From Patescibacteria group bacterium (GTDB taxonomy: Bacteria; Patescibacteriota; Minisyncoccia; Phycocordibacterales; Phycocordibacteraceae), in assembly GCA_038064695.1 (NCBI GenBank), contig JBBTSO010000004.1, positions 114,165-178,164 of the forward strand: DNA of 64,000 nucleotides. The letters run 5' to 3'. Positions 18,465-26,726 of this stretch are shown here, piece by piece. Position 1 is the first letter of the stretch. Every line of letters begins with the position of its first letter. A program made the position numbers and the translations under genes. The notes below the pieces were generated by a model. The model was not told the DNA's origin, searched no databases, and saw nothing but the letters and a program-made list of their open reading frames with translations.

Positions 18465-19016
18465 TTGAAAATTGTTCTCTATCCAACAGATACGCTCTAC
18501 GGTCTTGGGGTTGATGCAACCAACCCCGAGGCCGTTTTGCGTTTACAGGATCTAAAAGGCAGGGGGGAAGAAAAGCCAATTTCTATAGTCGTTTCAGACC
18601 TCGCCATGATGAAAAACTACGCGATAGTGACACCTCTCGCGGAGCGTTTAATTACACAGTTTCTGCCAGGAAAACTAACGCTGGTTTTATGTTCGAAACC
18701 CGGGTTTCAAACACCGGGGGTGGTTGGGGCAGACGGTTCAGTGGGGATTCGCATTCCTAACCACCCTACGCCACTACGGCTTGTACGCGAGTTAGGGAAG
18801 CCCATTACTGCAACGAGCGCGAATGTATCAGGAATGGTGCCCGAGTCAACTCCACAAAAAATCCTCGCGCAGTTTAAAGAAAAAGCGTCGTGGATCACTG
18901 AGGTTTTTGACGAGGGCGCACTTCCTGAAAATGATGCGTCTACCGTCGTTGATGCGCGCGGTGATAAGCCTGTTATCCTACGTGAAGGCGCCATTGCCGT
19001 TTCAGAAATAATGTGA
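18465..19016 (+). CDS. tsaC: L-threonylcarbamoyladenylate synthase (TsaC/YrdC family)
   Basis: (M/L)KIVLYPTDTLYGLGVDATNPEAV, the YrdC fold signature. Apparent TTG start. Confidence 0.8.
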   Translation: MKIVLYPTDTLYGLGVDATNPEAVLRLQDLKGRGEEKPISIVVSDLAMMKNYAIVTPLAERLITQFLPGKLTLVLCSKPGFQTPGVVGADGSVGIRIPNHPTPLRLVRELGKPITATSANVSGMVPESTPQKILAQFKEKASWITEVFDEGALPENDASTVVDARGDKPVILREGAIAVSEIM

Positions 19017-19168
19017 TATTATAAAAAAAGCTGGTACTTGTAACCAAAAGGACAGCCGGAACAAAATGTACGCGAGGGAGCATACTCCCATAGAAAGAAG
19101 TCGCAAACGCCCGTGAGGCGTTTTTTTATGTTCCAGGTATATACTTTTGGTATATCGGCTTAGAACAT

Positions 19169-20950
19169 ATGCATAGAGTAAAAAGTAAAAATCAGTCAAT
19201 TCCTCATAAACCTCTCCGTTACGGGTTGTTCGTGACGCGCCCCTTTGCGCTGTGGGCGGTTCTTTCTATTGTGTTTGTTGTTCTCGCGCAAGGGTTGGAA
19301 ACGAGTACGTACTACGTATTTAAAAAACTCATAGACACGGCAGAACTTTTTTCATCAGGTCAGGATGCCACCAACATGCTCATGGTGTGGATTATTATTT
19401 ACCCTATTGCGGCGGTGGGGCACTCGCTCATGTACCGCGCGAGCGGGCTTACCGCGATGCGCTGGGTTACGGGAGTGCAAAAGTACGGACGAGACGCACT
19501 TTTTGCGTACCTCGTTAAACATAGCCACACCTACTTTTCAAACAAGTTTGCGGGAGCGTTAGGGAACAAAATATGGAACGCTGCCGATGGAGTAGGAGAC
19601 TTAATTGAAAACTTTTTGTGGTCAGGGGTGAACGTGGTCGTCGCGTTCTTGGGTTCGCTGCTTCTCGTCTTTTTAGCAAGCCCAACACTGGCACTCGTCT
19701 ATTCGTTTTGGATGGTGATTTTGATTGTGGTGAGTTACTTCCTATCACGTCGTAACTCGGGTTTGTCTGAGCAGCACTCAAAAGAACGCACGCACGTCAG
19801 CGGTTTAACGGTTGATGTACTTTCAAATATCACCGCGCTTCGTCAGTACGTCATGTGCACTGCTGAAATAGTTCGCGCAGAAGGAGCAACAAAGGCACTG
19901 CGCGACGCGGCGCTTCGCGCGTGGTTTGGACGCGAAGTGCTCCTTATCATTAGTAACGTGGTGATGGGTATGTTCGTGGTTTCCATGCTCTACGGATCTT
20001 TTTCGCTGTGGCGAGGAGGGAGTATGACCACGGGGAGTTTCATTATGATTTTAACGCTGATGAGCGGTTTGGCTGGGTGGTTTTCTCAGATCGGGAATTC
20101 AATGAACGCGTTTGCGCGCGGGTACGGGCTCATTAAGGAAGGTCTTGAGGAGATTCTTTTGCCTCACGACATTACCGACTTCCCCAAAGCGCCCGCGCTC
20201 GCGGTTTCCGACGGCGCTATTGTCTTCAATAAGGTGACCTTTTTGTACGGAACACAGCCAGTATTTTCTGACTTCTCCATATCGCTTGAGGGAGGAAAAC
20301 GCGTAGGGCTAGTGGGGCCTTCAGGGAGCGGAAAAACCACGTTCGTCTCGCTACTTTTGAGACAGCAAGATGTACACGAAGGGGAAATTTGCATTGATGG
20401 GCAGAACCTACGCAAGGTTACTCAGGACTCACTGAACGCGGCTATTTCGGTGGTGCCGCAGGAGTCAGTTCTCTTCCATCGCACGCTCAGAGAAAATATT
20501 GCCTACGGTAAACCAGACGCGACTGACGAAGAAATATTTGAAGCAGCACGCAAAGCTCAGGCGCATGAATTTATTATGATGCTTCCGGAGGGGTATGGAA
20601 CGCTGGTAGGAGAGCGCGGGGTGAAATTGTCAGGCGGGCAGCGTCAGCGTGTTGCCATTGCGCGCGCCATTTTGAAAGCAGCTCCCATTCTCATTTTGGA
20701 CGAAGCAACGAGTTCGCTTGACAGCGAGAGCGAAGTTGAAATTCAGAAAGCACTTCACGAACTGATGCAGGGTAAAACGGTGATTGCCATTGCGCACCGC
20801 CTCTCTACTATTCGTGAAATGGATCGTATTCTCGTTCTTGATGGAGGCACGATTGTGCAAGACGGTTCACACGACGAGCTGGTAAAAGATGAACACGGTG
20901 TGTACGCGCGTTTGTGGAATCACCAAGCGGGAGGATTCTTGCCCGACTAA
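19169..20950 (+). CDS. ABC exporter, fused permease/ATPase (MsbA-like)
   Basis: Six TM helices in the N-terminal half, Walker A GPSGSGKTT, signature LSGGQRQR, Walker B ILILDEATS. Confidence 0.85.
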   Translation: MHRVKSKNQSIPHKPLRYGLFVTRPFALWAVLSIVFVVLAQGLETSTYYVFKKLIDTAELFSSGQDATNMLMVWIIIYPIAAVGHSLMYRASGLTAMRWVTGVQKYGRDALFAYLVKHSHTYFSNKFAGALGNKIWNAADGVGDLIENFLWSGVNVVVAFLGSLLLVFLASPTLALVYSFWMVILIVVSYFLSRRNSGLSEQHSKERTHVSGLTVDVLSNITALRQYVMCTAEIVRAEGATKALRDAALRAWFGREVLLIISNVVMGMFVVSMLYGSFSLWRGGSMTTGSFIMILTLMSGLAGWFSQIGNSMNAFARGYGLIKEGLEEILLPHDITDFPKAPALAVSDGAIVFNKVTFLYGTQPVFSDFSISLEGGKRVGLVGPSGSGKTTFVSLLLRQQDVHEGEICIDGQNLRKVTQDSLNAAISVVPQESVLFHRTLRENIAYGKPDATDEEIFEAARKAQAHEFIMMLPEGYGTLVGERGVKLSGGQRQRVAIARAILKAAPILILDEATSSLDSESEVEIQKALHELMQGKTVIAIAHRLSTIREMDRILVLDGGTIVQDGSHDELVKDEHGVYARLWNHQAGGFLPD

Positions 20951-21471
20951 AACGTTAACGAAAGTTGGGGAAAGGTGTCAGGTTGATGAAAGTTTGGATG
21001 ATCCCCAGGAGTTTGTGCGTATGCTAAAAAGTTTTCACCCACAATAACGAACGCATTCGCGCGAGAAAGTTTTTTAGGAATCATAGAAGGGGGAATAAGA
21101 ATGGACGAACTCCACGAGTGTTCTGTGTGACGTGGGTTGTAGGTGAGTGTGGGTTGAAAGTTCTCATACTCATTTTTTCGTACGCGAGGCGCGCTAAAAT
21201 CAAGCACTAAAAAATGCCCCCCTGCGCCAAGCTCCACTTCAAGGTAGGTATCTTCTCCCACCAAGAAGCACTCCACCACGTCGTGTTCCCAAAGGTTATG
21301 AACGCGTGAACCAGCGGGAGATGCAGGTACGTTAGGTGTTTTTTGATGGGGGAGTGTTGCCGAAATTAGTATTCCACCGTCAGTGGTATTGAGCGTCACT
21401 GAGCCGTGAAGCGACAGTTCTTTGCAGGGTGTGCCGTTCCAAAAGTGGGTGATGGGAAGTGTAAGACTCAT
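20947..21471 (-). CDS. Hypothetical protein (174 aa)
   Basis: ORF with coding-like composition, translationally coupled to the upstream methyltransferase gene (ATGA overlap). No recognisable motif. Confidence 0.4.
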   Translation of the reverse strand: MSLTLPITHFWNGTPCKELSLHGSVTLNTTDGGILISATLPHQKTPNVPASPAGSRVHNLWEHDVVECFLVGEDTYLEVELGAGGHFLVLDFSAPRVRKNEYENFQPTLTYNPRHTEHSWSSSILIPPSMIPKKLSRANAFVIVGENFLAYAQTPGDHPNFHQPDTFPQLSLTF

Positions 21472-22253
21472 TACTGTTTTTGCGCACGGAGCATTAAAAA
21501 GAGTGGAAATTCTTTTCGGGCGGCGTCTTCAGCTTCAGCGCGTGGGCCTTTTTGACTGGTGCGGTGCGAGTGCCACTCTTCTAGCCCCGTGACCACGAGC
21601 CCTGCTTTGGTCACTGCCTTTACGTAGTCTTGGAGTGAACGATGAAATGAAAGCGTATAGATTTTCTTTTTTGAATCAGCGGTTCCAGGAGTCATATCAA
21701 TTTTGGTAGAAAAGGGAAGTGCGTAGCGGTCAACACGGCGGTACTGTGTTTTTGTTGCTTCATCAAACTCCCACGAAGACGAAGTCGGGATACGGAAGGC
21801 GGGATGGTTGAGCACGATAAACAATTCTCCCCCTTGCTTTAAGACACGAGCGGATTCAGCCACGGCTTCGCGGTATTCTTCAATGTTTTGGAGTGATAAA
21901 ACGAACAGAGCGGTGTCAAAGGCGTTGTCGCGAGCAGGAAGTTGGTTTGCAGGCGCGGTATAGAAAGCAACATTTAGTTTGGAATGCTCCTTGGCGTGCG
22001 TGGTGGCAAGCGCAGTTAGTTCTTTTGCAATGTCAAAGCCGGTAACCGTGGCGCCACTTTCGGCAAAAGCGAATGAAAAAAATCCTTGTCCGCACCCGAT
22101 GTCAGCGATGCGCTTTCCTGACTTTGGTGCCACGAGCCGTAGCAGGTGGGGAAGGATGACTTCTTTTTGGTATGTGTCATTTCCTCTGATAAGCGTGTTA
22201 TACCACACCGCTACAGTGCCCCACCCGGTATCTTTTTTGTTATTTTTTTTCAT
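21471..22253 (-). CDS. Class I SAM-dependent methyltransferase
   Basis: Motif I ADIGCGQGFFSFAFA, and post-I/II motifs of Methyltransf_11 type. Confidence 0.7.
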   Translation of the reverse strand: MKKNNKKDTGWGTVAVWYNTLIRGNDTYQKEVILPHLLRLVAPKSGKRIADIGCGQGFFSFAFAESGATVTGFDIAKELTALATTHAKEHSKLNVAFYTAPANQLPARDNAFDTALFVLSLQNIEEYREAVAESARVLKQGGELFIVLNHPAFRIPTSSSWEFDEATKTQYRRVDRYALPFSTKIDMTPGTADSKKKIYTLSFHRSLQDYVKAVTKAGLVVTGLEEWHSHRTSQKGPRAEAEDAARKEFPLFLMLRAQKQ

Positions 22254-22269
22254 ATATAAAAATTGGGTG

Positions 22270-22354
22270 CGGAAACGGCGAGATTCGAACTCGCGGAGGT
22301 GTTACCCTCACTCGCTTTCCAAGCGAGCGCACTAGACCACTATGCGACGTTTCC
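22270..22354 (-). tRNA. tRNA-Ser (anticodon GGA), long variable arm
   Basis: Hand fold: acceptor GGAAACG/CGTTTCC, anticodon loop TTGGAAA, 16-nt variable arm, T-loop TTCGAAT. Confidence 0.8.
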
Positions 22355-22401
22355 TTACGTGGCTTTCCCTATCCTACTGAAGAAGTGCAGTCTACACAAG
22401 G

Positions 22402-23727
22402 TTATGTGGGAAGATGGGTGCGGGTTAGATTTTGAGACCCTCCTTTTGTGACAACCAGGTTATCTTCAATGCGAATTCCTCCATACGGTGTGAGTTCATC
22501 CACCAGACTCCAGTTAATGAGTGGTGAGTGGTCTGAAACACGCAATTTTTCAAGAAGGAGTGGATTGAAGTAGAGACCCGGTTCTATGGTGGTCACCATA
22601 CCCTCAACAAGTGCTCGGTTTGTACGGACTTTCGGATAGTGTTTTTTTAATTCATGTACTTCGCCGTCCGGCGTCGCATTTCCCACGTCGTGAACCTGGA
22701 GCCCCAGCATATGCCCCACGCCGTGAGGAAAAAAGGTGTGGGTGATTTCTTTTTCCACCAACTCTTCTGGAGTAGTTTTTGAGATCCCGTGTCGGGAAAG
22801 TATTTCGGCTATGCCCCGGTGCGCTTCGTGATGTATTTCAATAAATTGTTTTCCAGGGGCTACGAGCGCACAGAGTTTTTGTTGCAATGTTTCAACATCG
22901 TCAAGCAATTTTTTAAACAGTGGGTGCACGTGTGAGTTAGCGGTAGTGCGGGTAATGTCTGATGCATAGCCATTGACGGCATATCCTGCGTCCAGTAGGA
23001 GTACCAAGGCATTTTTTACCCCCTCTCGTTTTCTACGATAGTGGAGTGTAGATGCTTTTTCGTTTAAGGCAATAATTGTTTCGTAGGGAAGTTCATTCTC
23101 AAGCGCGCCGACTGTTTTTAGGTAGTGATAATATAGGTCGCGCTCAGAAGCGCCACCTAGGAACGCTTCGCACGCGGCCTTGTGGCCACGCGCGGCAATT
23201 TCATTTGCTTTTTCTATACAGGCAACTTCATACGGAGTTTTTATGGCACGACTGAAATCAAGTATTGTTGTTGCCCGTCTTGCATCAACGAGTGTTACAC
23301 CCCACGAAGCGACAAGTGCACTACTCGCGGCGTCGCTGATAAGCACACAGGACTTCTTCATTGTTTCTCCTACCACCGCGCGTTTCAGTTCTTCTTCATT
23401 GGTAACGATATGTGATTCAAGATGTTTTCTCCAAAATGGCGCTGAGTCGTCAGTCTGTTCTTCCCAAAAGTCGTCCGGTCGATACTCTATCAGGAGCGCG
23501 GAAGGGCGCGCAGTGCTCACCATAATGTAGTGGTTTGGCCCCGATACTGGTGTAAACCGCTTAAAATGCGCGTGTGCACGGAATGGAATTTCTTGGTCAT
23601 CCGCGTGATAAAAAACAGGTGAACCTGCATGAATCACCGCCACCTCTGCAGACTCTTTTTCTAAAATTTCCTTCGCCTCTTTTATGAGGTGTTCAAGATG
23701 ATTTTTATACAATTGCTCCATCGTCAT
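22402..23727 (-). CDS. pepP: Xaa-Pro aminopeptidase / M24B family metallopeptidase
   Basis: Pita-bread fold metal ligands DAGYAVNGYASDITRT .. HGVGHMLGLQVHD .. E residues, plus an N-terminal creatinase-like domain. Confidence 0.8.
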   Translation of the reverse strand: MTMEQLYKNHLEHLIKEAKEILEKESAEVAVIHAGSPVFYHADDQEIPFRAHAHFKRFTPVSGPNHYIMVSTARPSALLIEYRPDDFWEEQTDDSAPFWRKHLESHIVTNEEELKRAVVGETMKKSCVLISDAASSALVASWGVTLVDARRATTILDFSRAIKTPYEVACIEKANEIAARGHKAACEAFLGGASERDLYYHYLKTVGALENELPYETIIALNEKASTLHYRRKREGVKNALVLLLDAGYAVNGYASDITRTTANSHVHPLFKKLLDDVETLQQKLCALVAPGKQFIEIHHEAHRGIAEILSRHGISKTTPEELVEKEITHTFFPHGVGHMLGLQVHDVGNATPDGEVHELKKHYPKVRTNRALVEGMVTTIEPGLYFNPLLLEKLRVSDHSPLINWSLVDELTPYGGIRIEDNLVVTKGGSQNLTRTHLPT

Positions 23728-23768
23728 AGAGTACCATTCATTGGCTCGTCAGTACCTAACAGTGTTCT

Positions 23769-23856
23769 GCGGAAGAGGAGGGATTTGAACCCTCGATACC
23801 TTTTACAGTATGCCGGTTTTCGAAACCGGTGCAATAAACCACTATGCGACTCTTCC
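23769..23856 (-). tRNA. tRNA-Ser (anticodon CGA), long variable arm
   Basis: Hand fold: acceptor GGAAGAG/CTCTTCC, anticodon loop TTCGAAA, long variable arm, T-loop TTCAAAT. Confidence 0.8.
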
Positions 23857-23906
23857 GTATCGCCAAATCCTAGCATTTTAGGCAAAAAATGCTATATTTT
23901 AGCCAC

Positions 23907-23978
23907 GGCCTCATCGTCTAACGGCTAGGACACATCCCTTTCACGGATGAAATCGGGGTTCGATTCCCCGTGGGGTCA
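23907..23978 (+). tRNA. tRNA-Glu (anticodon TTC)
   Basis: Hand fold: acceptor GGCCTCA/TGGGGTC with two G-U pairs, D-arm GTCT/GGAC, anticodon stem CATCC/GGATG, loop CTTTCAC, T-loop TTCGATT. The overlapping ORF-track start at 23947 is therefore not real. Confidence 0.75.
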
Positions 23979-23982
23979 CCTA

Positions 23983-24777
23983 ATGATACTTTTGCCCACG
24001 CTCAAACGATTCTACTCATTTACTTCACAATGGAACTTGGGTTTGAAATGCCAGAAATTGGGGCTGGCGATTTTGAGCTATCTAAGGGGGATCTTCAAAC
24101 CCCCTAACGATGTTTTGAACCTAGCAGACAACGAAGAGTATAAAAAACGCTTCGCTACTTTATACAGTCATTTACTGGGAACTTCCGCCACTTTTTACTC
24201 ATGGAAAGGTTTACAGAAGAAAGACTACGAGCCCCTGTATGGCAGAGCAAAGTATTTTTGGGGTTCAGTCCTAATTGCGCTTCAGAATGAGTGGGTGATA
24301 AGTATTGCAAAGTGCTTTGAAAAATCGAGCTACAGTAGACGCAATGAGGTTATTTCCGTACATGCGTTACTCAGACATTACCTTCGTAGGCACATAGATT
24401 CCAGCAAAGCAGATAAAGTCAAAGCCCTTCTCAAGAAGCACAAGAAGGTGATTTCAAATATCTACCAGCTACGCCATAAGCTTGCCCATATAGACGCTAA
24501 ATATTTTGATAACCCGTCAGAGTTTTTAAAGAAATACCCAGTTGATTACGGAGAAGTTGAGGATTTATTGGCGGATTTTGCAGATTTACTTTCCTCTCTC
24601 AATCCAGAGTCAGGTGTTGGATACTCGTTGGATAATTACGTAAAAACTCCAGAATGGGAGGCTGGAGACGTTATGGACGAGATCAATTTTTATGTCCAAG
24701 AAGAGAAGAAGCATTTAGATAGGTTCTCTGCTGGCGAGACTGACGACCCGTTTCTTCTCCCAAGAAAAACGCCTTAA
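23983..24777 (+). CDS. HEPN-motif protein resembling abortive-infection (Abi_2/AbiU2-like) proteins; AT-rich gene inserted next to a tRNA cluster
   Basis: Rx4H motif in IYQLRHKLAHIDAKY (R-HKLA-H), about 265 aa, lysine-rich alpha-helical composition. Visibly lower GC than its neighbours. Start placed at the ATG at 23983, just after tRNA-Glu. Confidence 0.5.
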   Translation: MILLPTLKRFYSFTSQWNLGLKCQKLGLAILSYLRGIFKPPNDVLNLADNEEYKKRFATLYSHLLGTSATFYSWKGLQKKDYEPLYGRAKYFWGSVLIALQNEWVISIAKCFEKSSYSRRNEVISVHALLRHYLRRHIDSSKADKVKALLKKHKKVISNIYQLRHKLAHIDAKYFDNPSEFLKKYPVDYGEVEDLLADFADLLSSLNPESGVGYSLDNYVKTPEWEAGDVMDEINFYVQEEKKHLDRFSAGETDDPFLLPRKTP

Positions 24778-24850
24778 ATTCACAGCAATATGCGATATTT
24801 CTTTCAGCAACTCAATAATAGGTTTTGAATTTGCTATCGTTAGGGTCATG

Positions 24851-24889
24851 CCACCAAAAAACACCCATTGCTTGGGTGTTTTTTGGTGG
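24851..24889. terminator. Rho-independent terminator (CCACCAAAAAACACCCA-TTGC-TTGGGTGTTTTTTGGTGG)
   Basis: GC stem with flanking A- and T-tracts, after the HEPN gene. Confidence 0.55.
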
Positions 24890-24929
24890 CACATGAATCG
24901 ATGAAGATAATCGAAAGTCGGACTGAGCG

Positions 24930-25015
24930 AAGCGAGGGAGATGGGGTCGAGGACACTTAGTATTTTGCGAATGCCTGAAGCAAAATACTTAGTGAACCGT
25001 GACCGATTCTCTCAC
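24930..25015 (+). repeat. Copy A of a ~90-bp two-copy element (other copy at 60385-60476) with a 13-bp-stem hairpin; embeds a 60-aa ORF (24941..25123)
   Basis: ACTTAGTATTTTGC-GAATGCCTGAA-GCAAAATACTTAGTGAACCGTGACCG here versus ACTTAGCATTTTAC-GAATTCTTGAA-GTAAAATACTTAGTGACTCGTGACCG in copy B. Both ORFs share the peptide SR(T/A)LSILR..E(A/V)KYLV(N/T)RDR. Confidence 0.5.
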
Positions 25016-25117
25016 GGGTTTCCACGGGGAATCGAAAGATGGAGCGCAGTGAGCATCAGTAGATGCGAAGTGCGAGTCAGGGTCGTAGAAATTTCTGAGT
25101 GGCGACGAAGAAGTTAT

Positions 25118-25726
25118 CTATGACCGATGCGTGCCTGTGTACTCACCGGACATTTCCCCGTGGGGACACAAAAAGAAACTTCTTCGGAAGAAAGTGCGGA
25201 ATGCCTCCAGTCGAAGAAATGGTACGAGGTAGTTTTTTGCCACCCGTACTAACTCTATTACCCCCACTAATCCAACCGTGTACAAAAGGTCACCGAGGAG
25301 CATATTTTTTAGAAACGGAATACCCATTTCATATGCATGCAAGAGCCCGCTTATACTTTTTTCATACCATGGTGAAAATGCCCACACGGCGCCGTTAGTA
25401 ATGAAGAAAAAGAGAAAAGGGGAGAGAATGACTGGGAGTGTCAGAGACCATACCCCCGGTTTTCGCGAAAGCCAACTTAGTACGCCAATTGCAGCAAACG
25501 AACCGTAGACACTCGCCATAATGCGCCAATCGTAGAAACCAATAAATAAATCAGACATGGCGAGCGTTGCAGTTGGCACGACCAGTCCGATTCGTTTTCC
25601 AAAGTAAAGTGATCCGACGATTGCGAGTGCGGTTACAGGAGTCATATTAGGTGTGTGAGGGAGGAGGCGCATCAACGTACCGTACGCTATGAGGAGAAGA
25701 ACAGTAATAAGAGTGGTTCGTGTCAT
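25118..25726 (-). CDS. Polytopic membrane protein (5-6 TM); possibly an ECF-type substrate-capture component (inferred from B12 context)
   Basis: Hydrophobic helices throughout. First gene of the operon with DUF4430, PduO and NrdJ. The C-terminal ~40 aa look non-protein-like, so the true stop may be earlier. Confidence 0.45.
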   Translation of the reverse strand: MTRTTLITVLLLIAYGTLMRLLPHTPNMTPVTALAIVGSLYFGKRIGLVVPTATLAMSDLFIGFYDWRIMASVYGSFAAIGVLSWLSRKPGVWSLTLPVILSPFLFFFITNGAVWAFSPWYEKSISGLLHAYEMGIPFLKNMLLGDLLYTVGLVGVIELVRVAKNYLVPFLRLEAFRTFFRRSFFLCPHGEMSGEYTGTHRS

Positions 25727-25729
25727 AGG

Positions 25730-26206
25730 TTAAAATGACGATATCTCAAAAAACCACTCAACATCATCACCGTTGGAAAGTAGGTATTGGTCGGCGCCAA
25801 CTTGCGGCAATACTCCGTTCACGCGGTACTGCCAGTATTTATCACCCGCTCCATTTTCTTTCCCTGCGAGCCCTGTGATGAGTGTCCCTAAACCTTCATA
25901 TTCTGTAGTGCGCATCATGAGGGCTGGGTCGTTACGGTACTGTTCGGCCAACAGTGTGAGCACTGATGAGTCTTGAGAGATAGTTATATGTTCAGCATCG
26001 TAGAGACCTTCTATACGAAGCGTTACTTCAATCTGGTTTTCGACCTCGTTTGAATATGGTGTACCAGAAACATTGTTTTGAGTGGCAGTGAGTAGTGATA
26101 CGCTGAGCAAAACCGCAAGTCCTACGGCGAGTGTTGCAAGTGTTTTTAATAGTGTTCTATGTTTCATAGAAGAATGATTAGAGATACTGTGGCGCGCGCT
26201 CATCAA
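25730..26206 (-). CDS. Signal-peptide protein with a DUF4430 (transcobalamin-like) domain
   Basis: GAGDKYWQYRVNGVLPQVGADQYLLSNGDDVEWFF matches the DUF4430 pattern (..YW.Y.VNG....G.....L..GD.V.W..). N-terminal TM/signal segment. Confidence 0.6.
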   Translation of the reverse strand: MMSARHSISNHSSMKHRTLLKTLATLAVGLAVLLSVSLLTATQNNVSGTPYSNEVENQIEVTLRIEGLYDAEHITISQDSSVLTLLAEQYRNDPALMMRTTEYEGLGTLITGLAGKENGAGDKYWQYRVNGVLPQVGADQYLLSNGDDVEWFFEISSF

Positions 26207-26726
26207 CTGACGCCAGTTTTGCTGCGGCGCGCGCCAAGATAAAGAACATGCTCGAAAGACGGTTTATAAAAGTCTGAAGGTGTGGGGAAACAGTGTGCTG
26301 TTCGGCGCACACGGCGACTGCGCGCTCGGCACGTCGCGCAACCGTGCGTGCATAGTCGAGCATACCGCTTGCTATCGTGGCTCCGGGAATAATGAAGGAG
26401 TTTGGTTTCTGCACAGCACTCGCGTACGTTTCGATGGTGTTGTTCAACCACACTACGTGGTGTTCCTCGAGGTGCGGTGACGCGCCTGCCAGTTCAGCTT
26501 GTGCGGTAAAGAGATACTCCTGAATCGTTTCGATGGTTTTTCTGAGCGGCGCGGTATATTTTTGCTCAACTACCACTGCGCGGCATACCCCGAGGAGCGA
26601 GTTTAATTCGTCGATGCTTCCGAGCGCCTCAAAACGTACGTCGTTTTTGGGAATGCGATCTTTTGATCCAAACAACGTCGAAGTGCCAGAGTCTCCCTTA
26701 CCTGAGTACCATGGGTGTGTGTTCAT
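26178..26726 (-). CDS. pduO: ATP:cob(I)alamin adenosyltransferase, PduO type
   Basis: SGKGDSGTSTLFGSKDRIPKNDVRFEALGSIDELNSLLG matches the PduO/MMAB N-terminal signature. Confidence 0.8.
   Translation of the reverse strand: MNTHPWYSGKGDSGTSTLFGSKDRIPKNDVRFEALGSIDELNSLLGVCRAVVVEQKYTAPLRKTIETIQEYLFTAQAELAGASPHLEEHHVVWLNNTIETYASAVQKPNSFIIPGATIASGMLDYARTVARRAERAVAVCAEQHTVSPHLQTFINRLSSMFFILARAAAKLASVDERAPQYL

Noticed and set aside
23947-23982. ORF-track start of the 276-aa ORF at 23947
   Set aside because: The first 12 codons overlap the 3' half of tRNA-Glu. The start was moved to the ATG at 23983.
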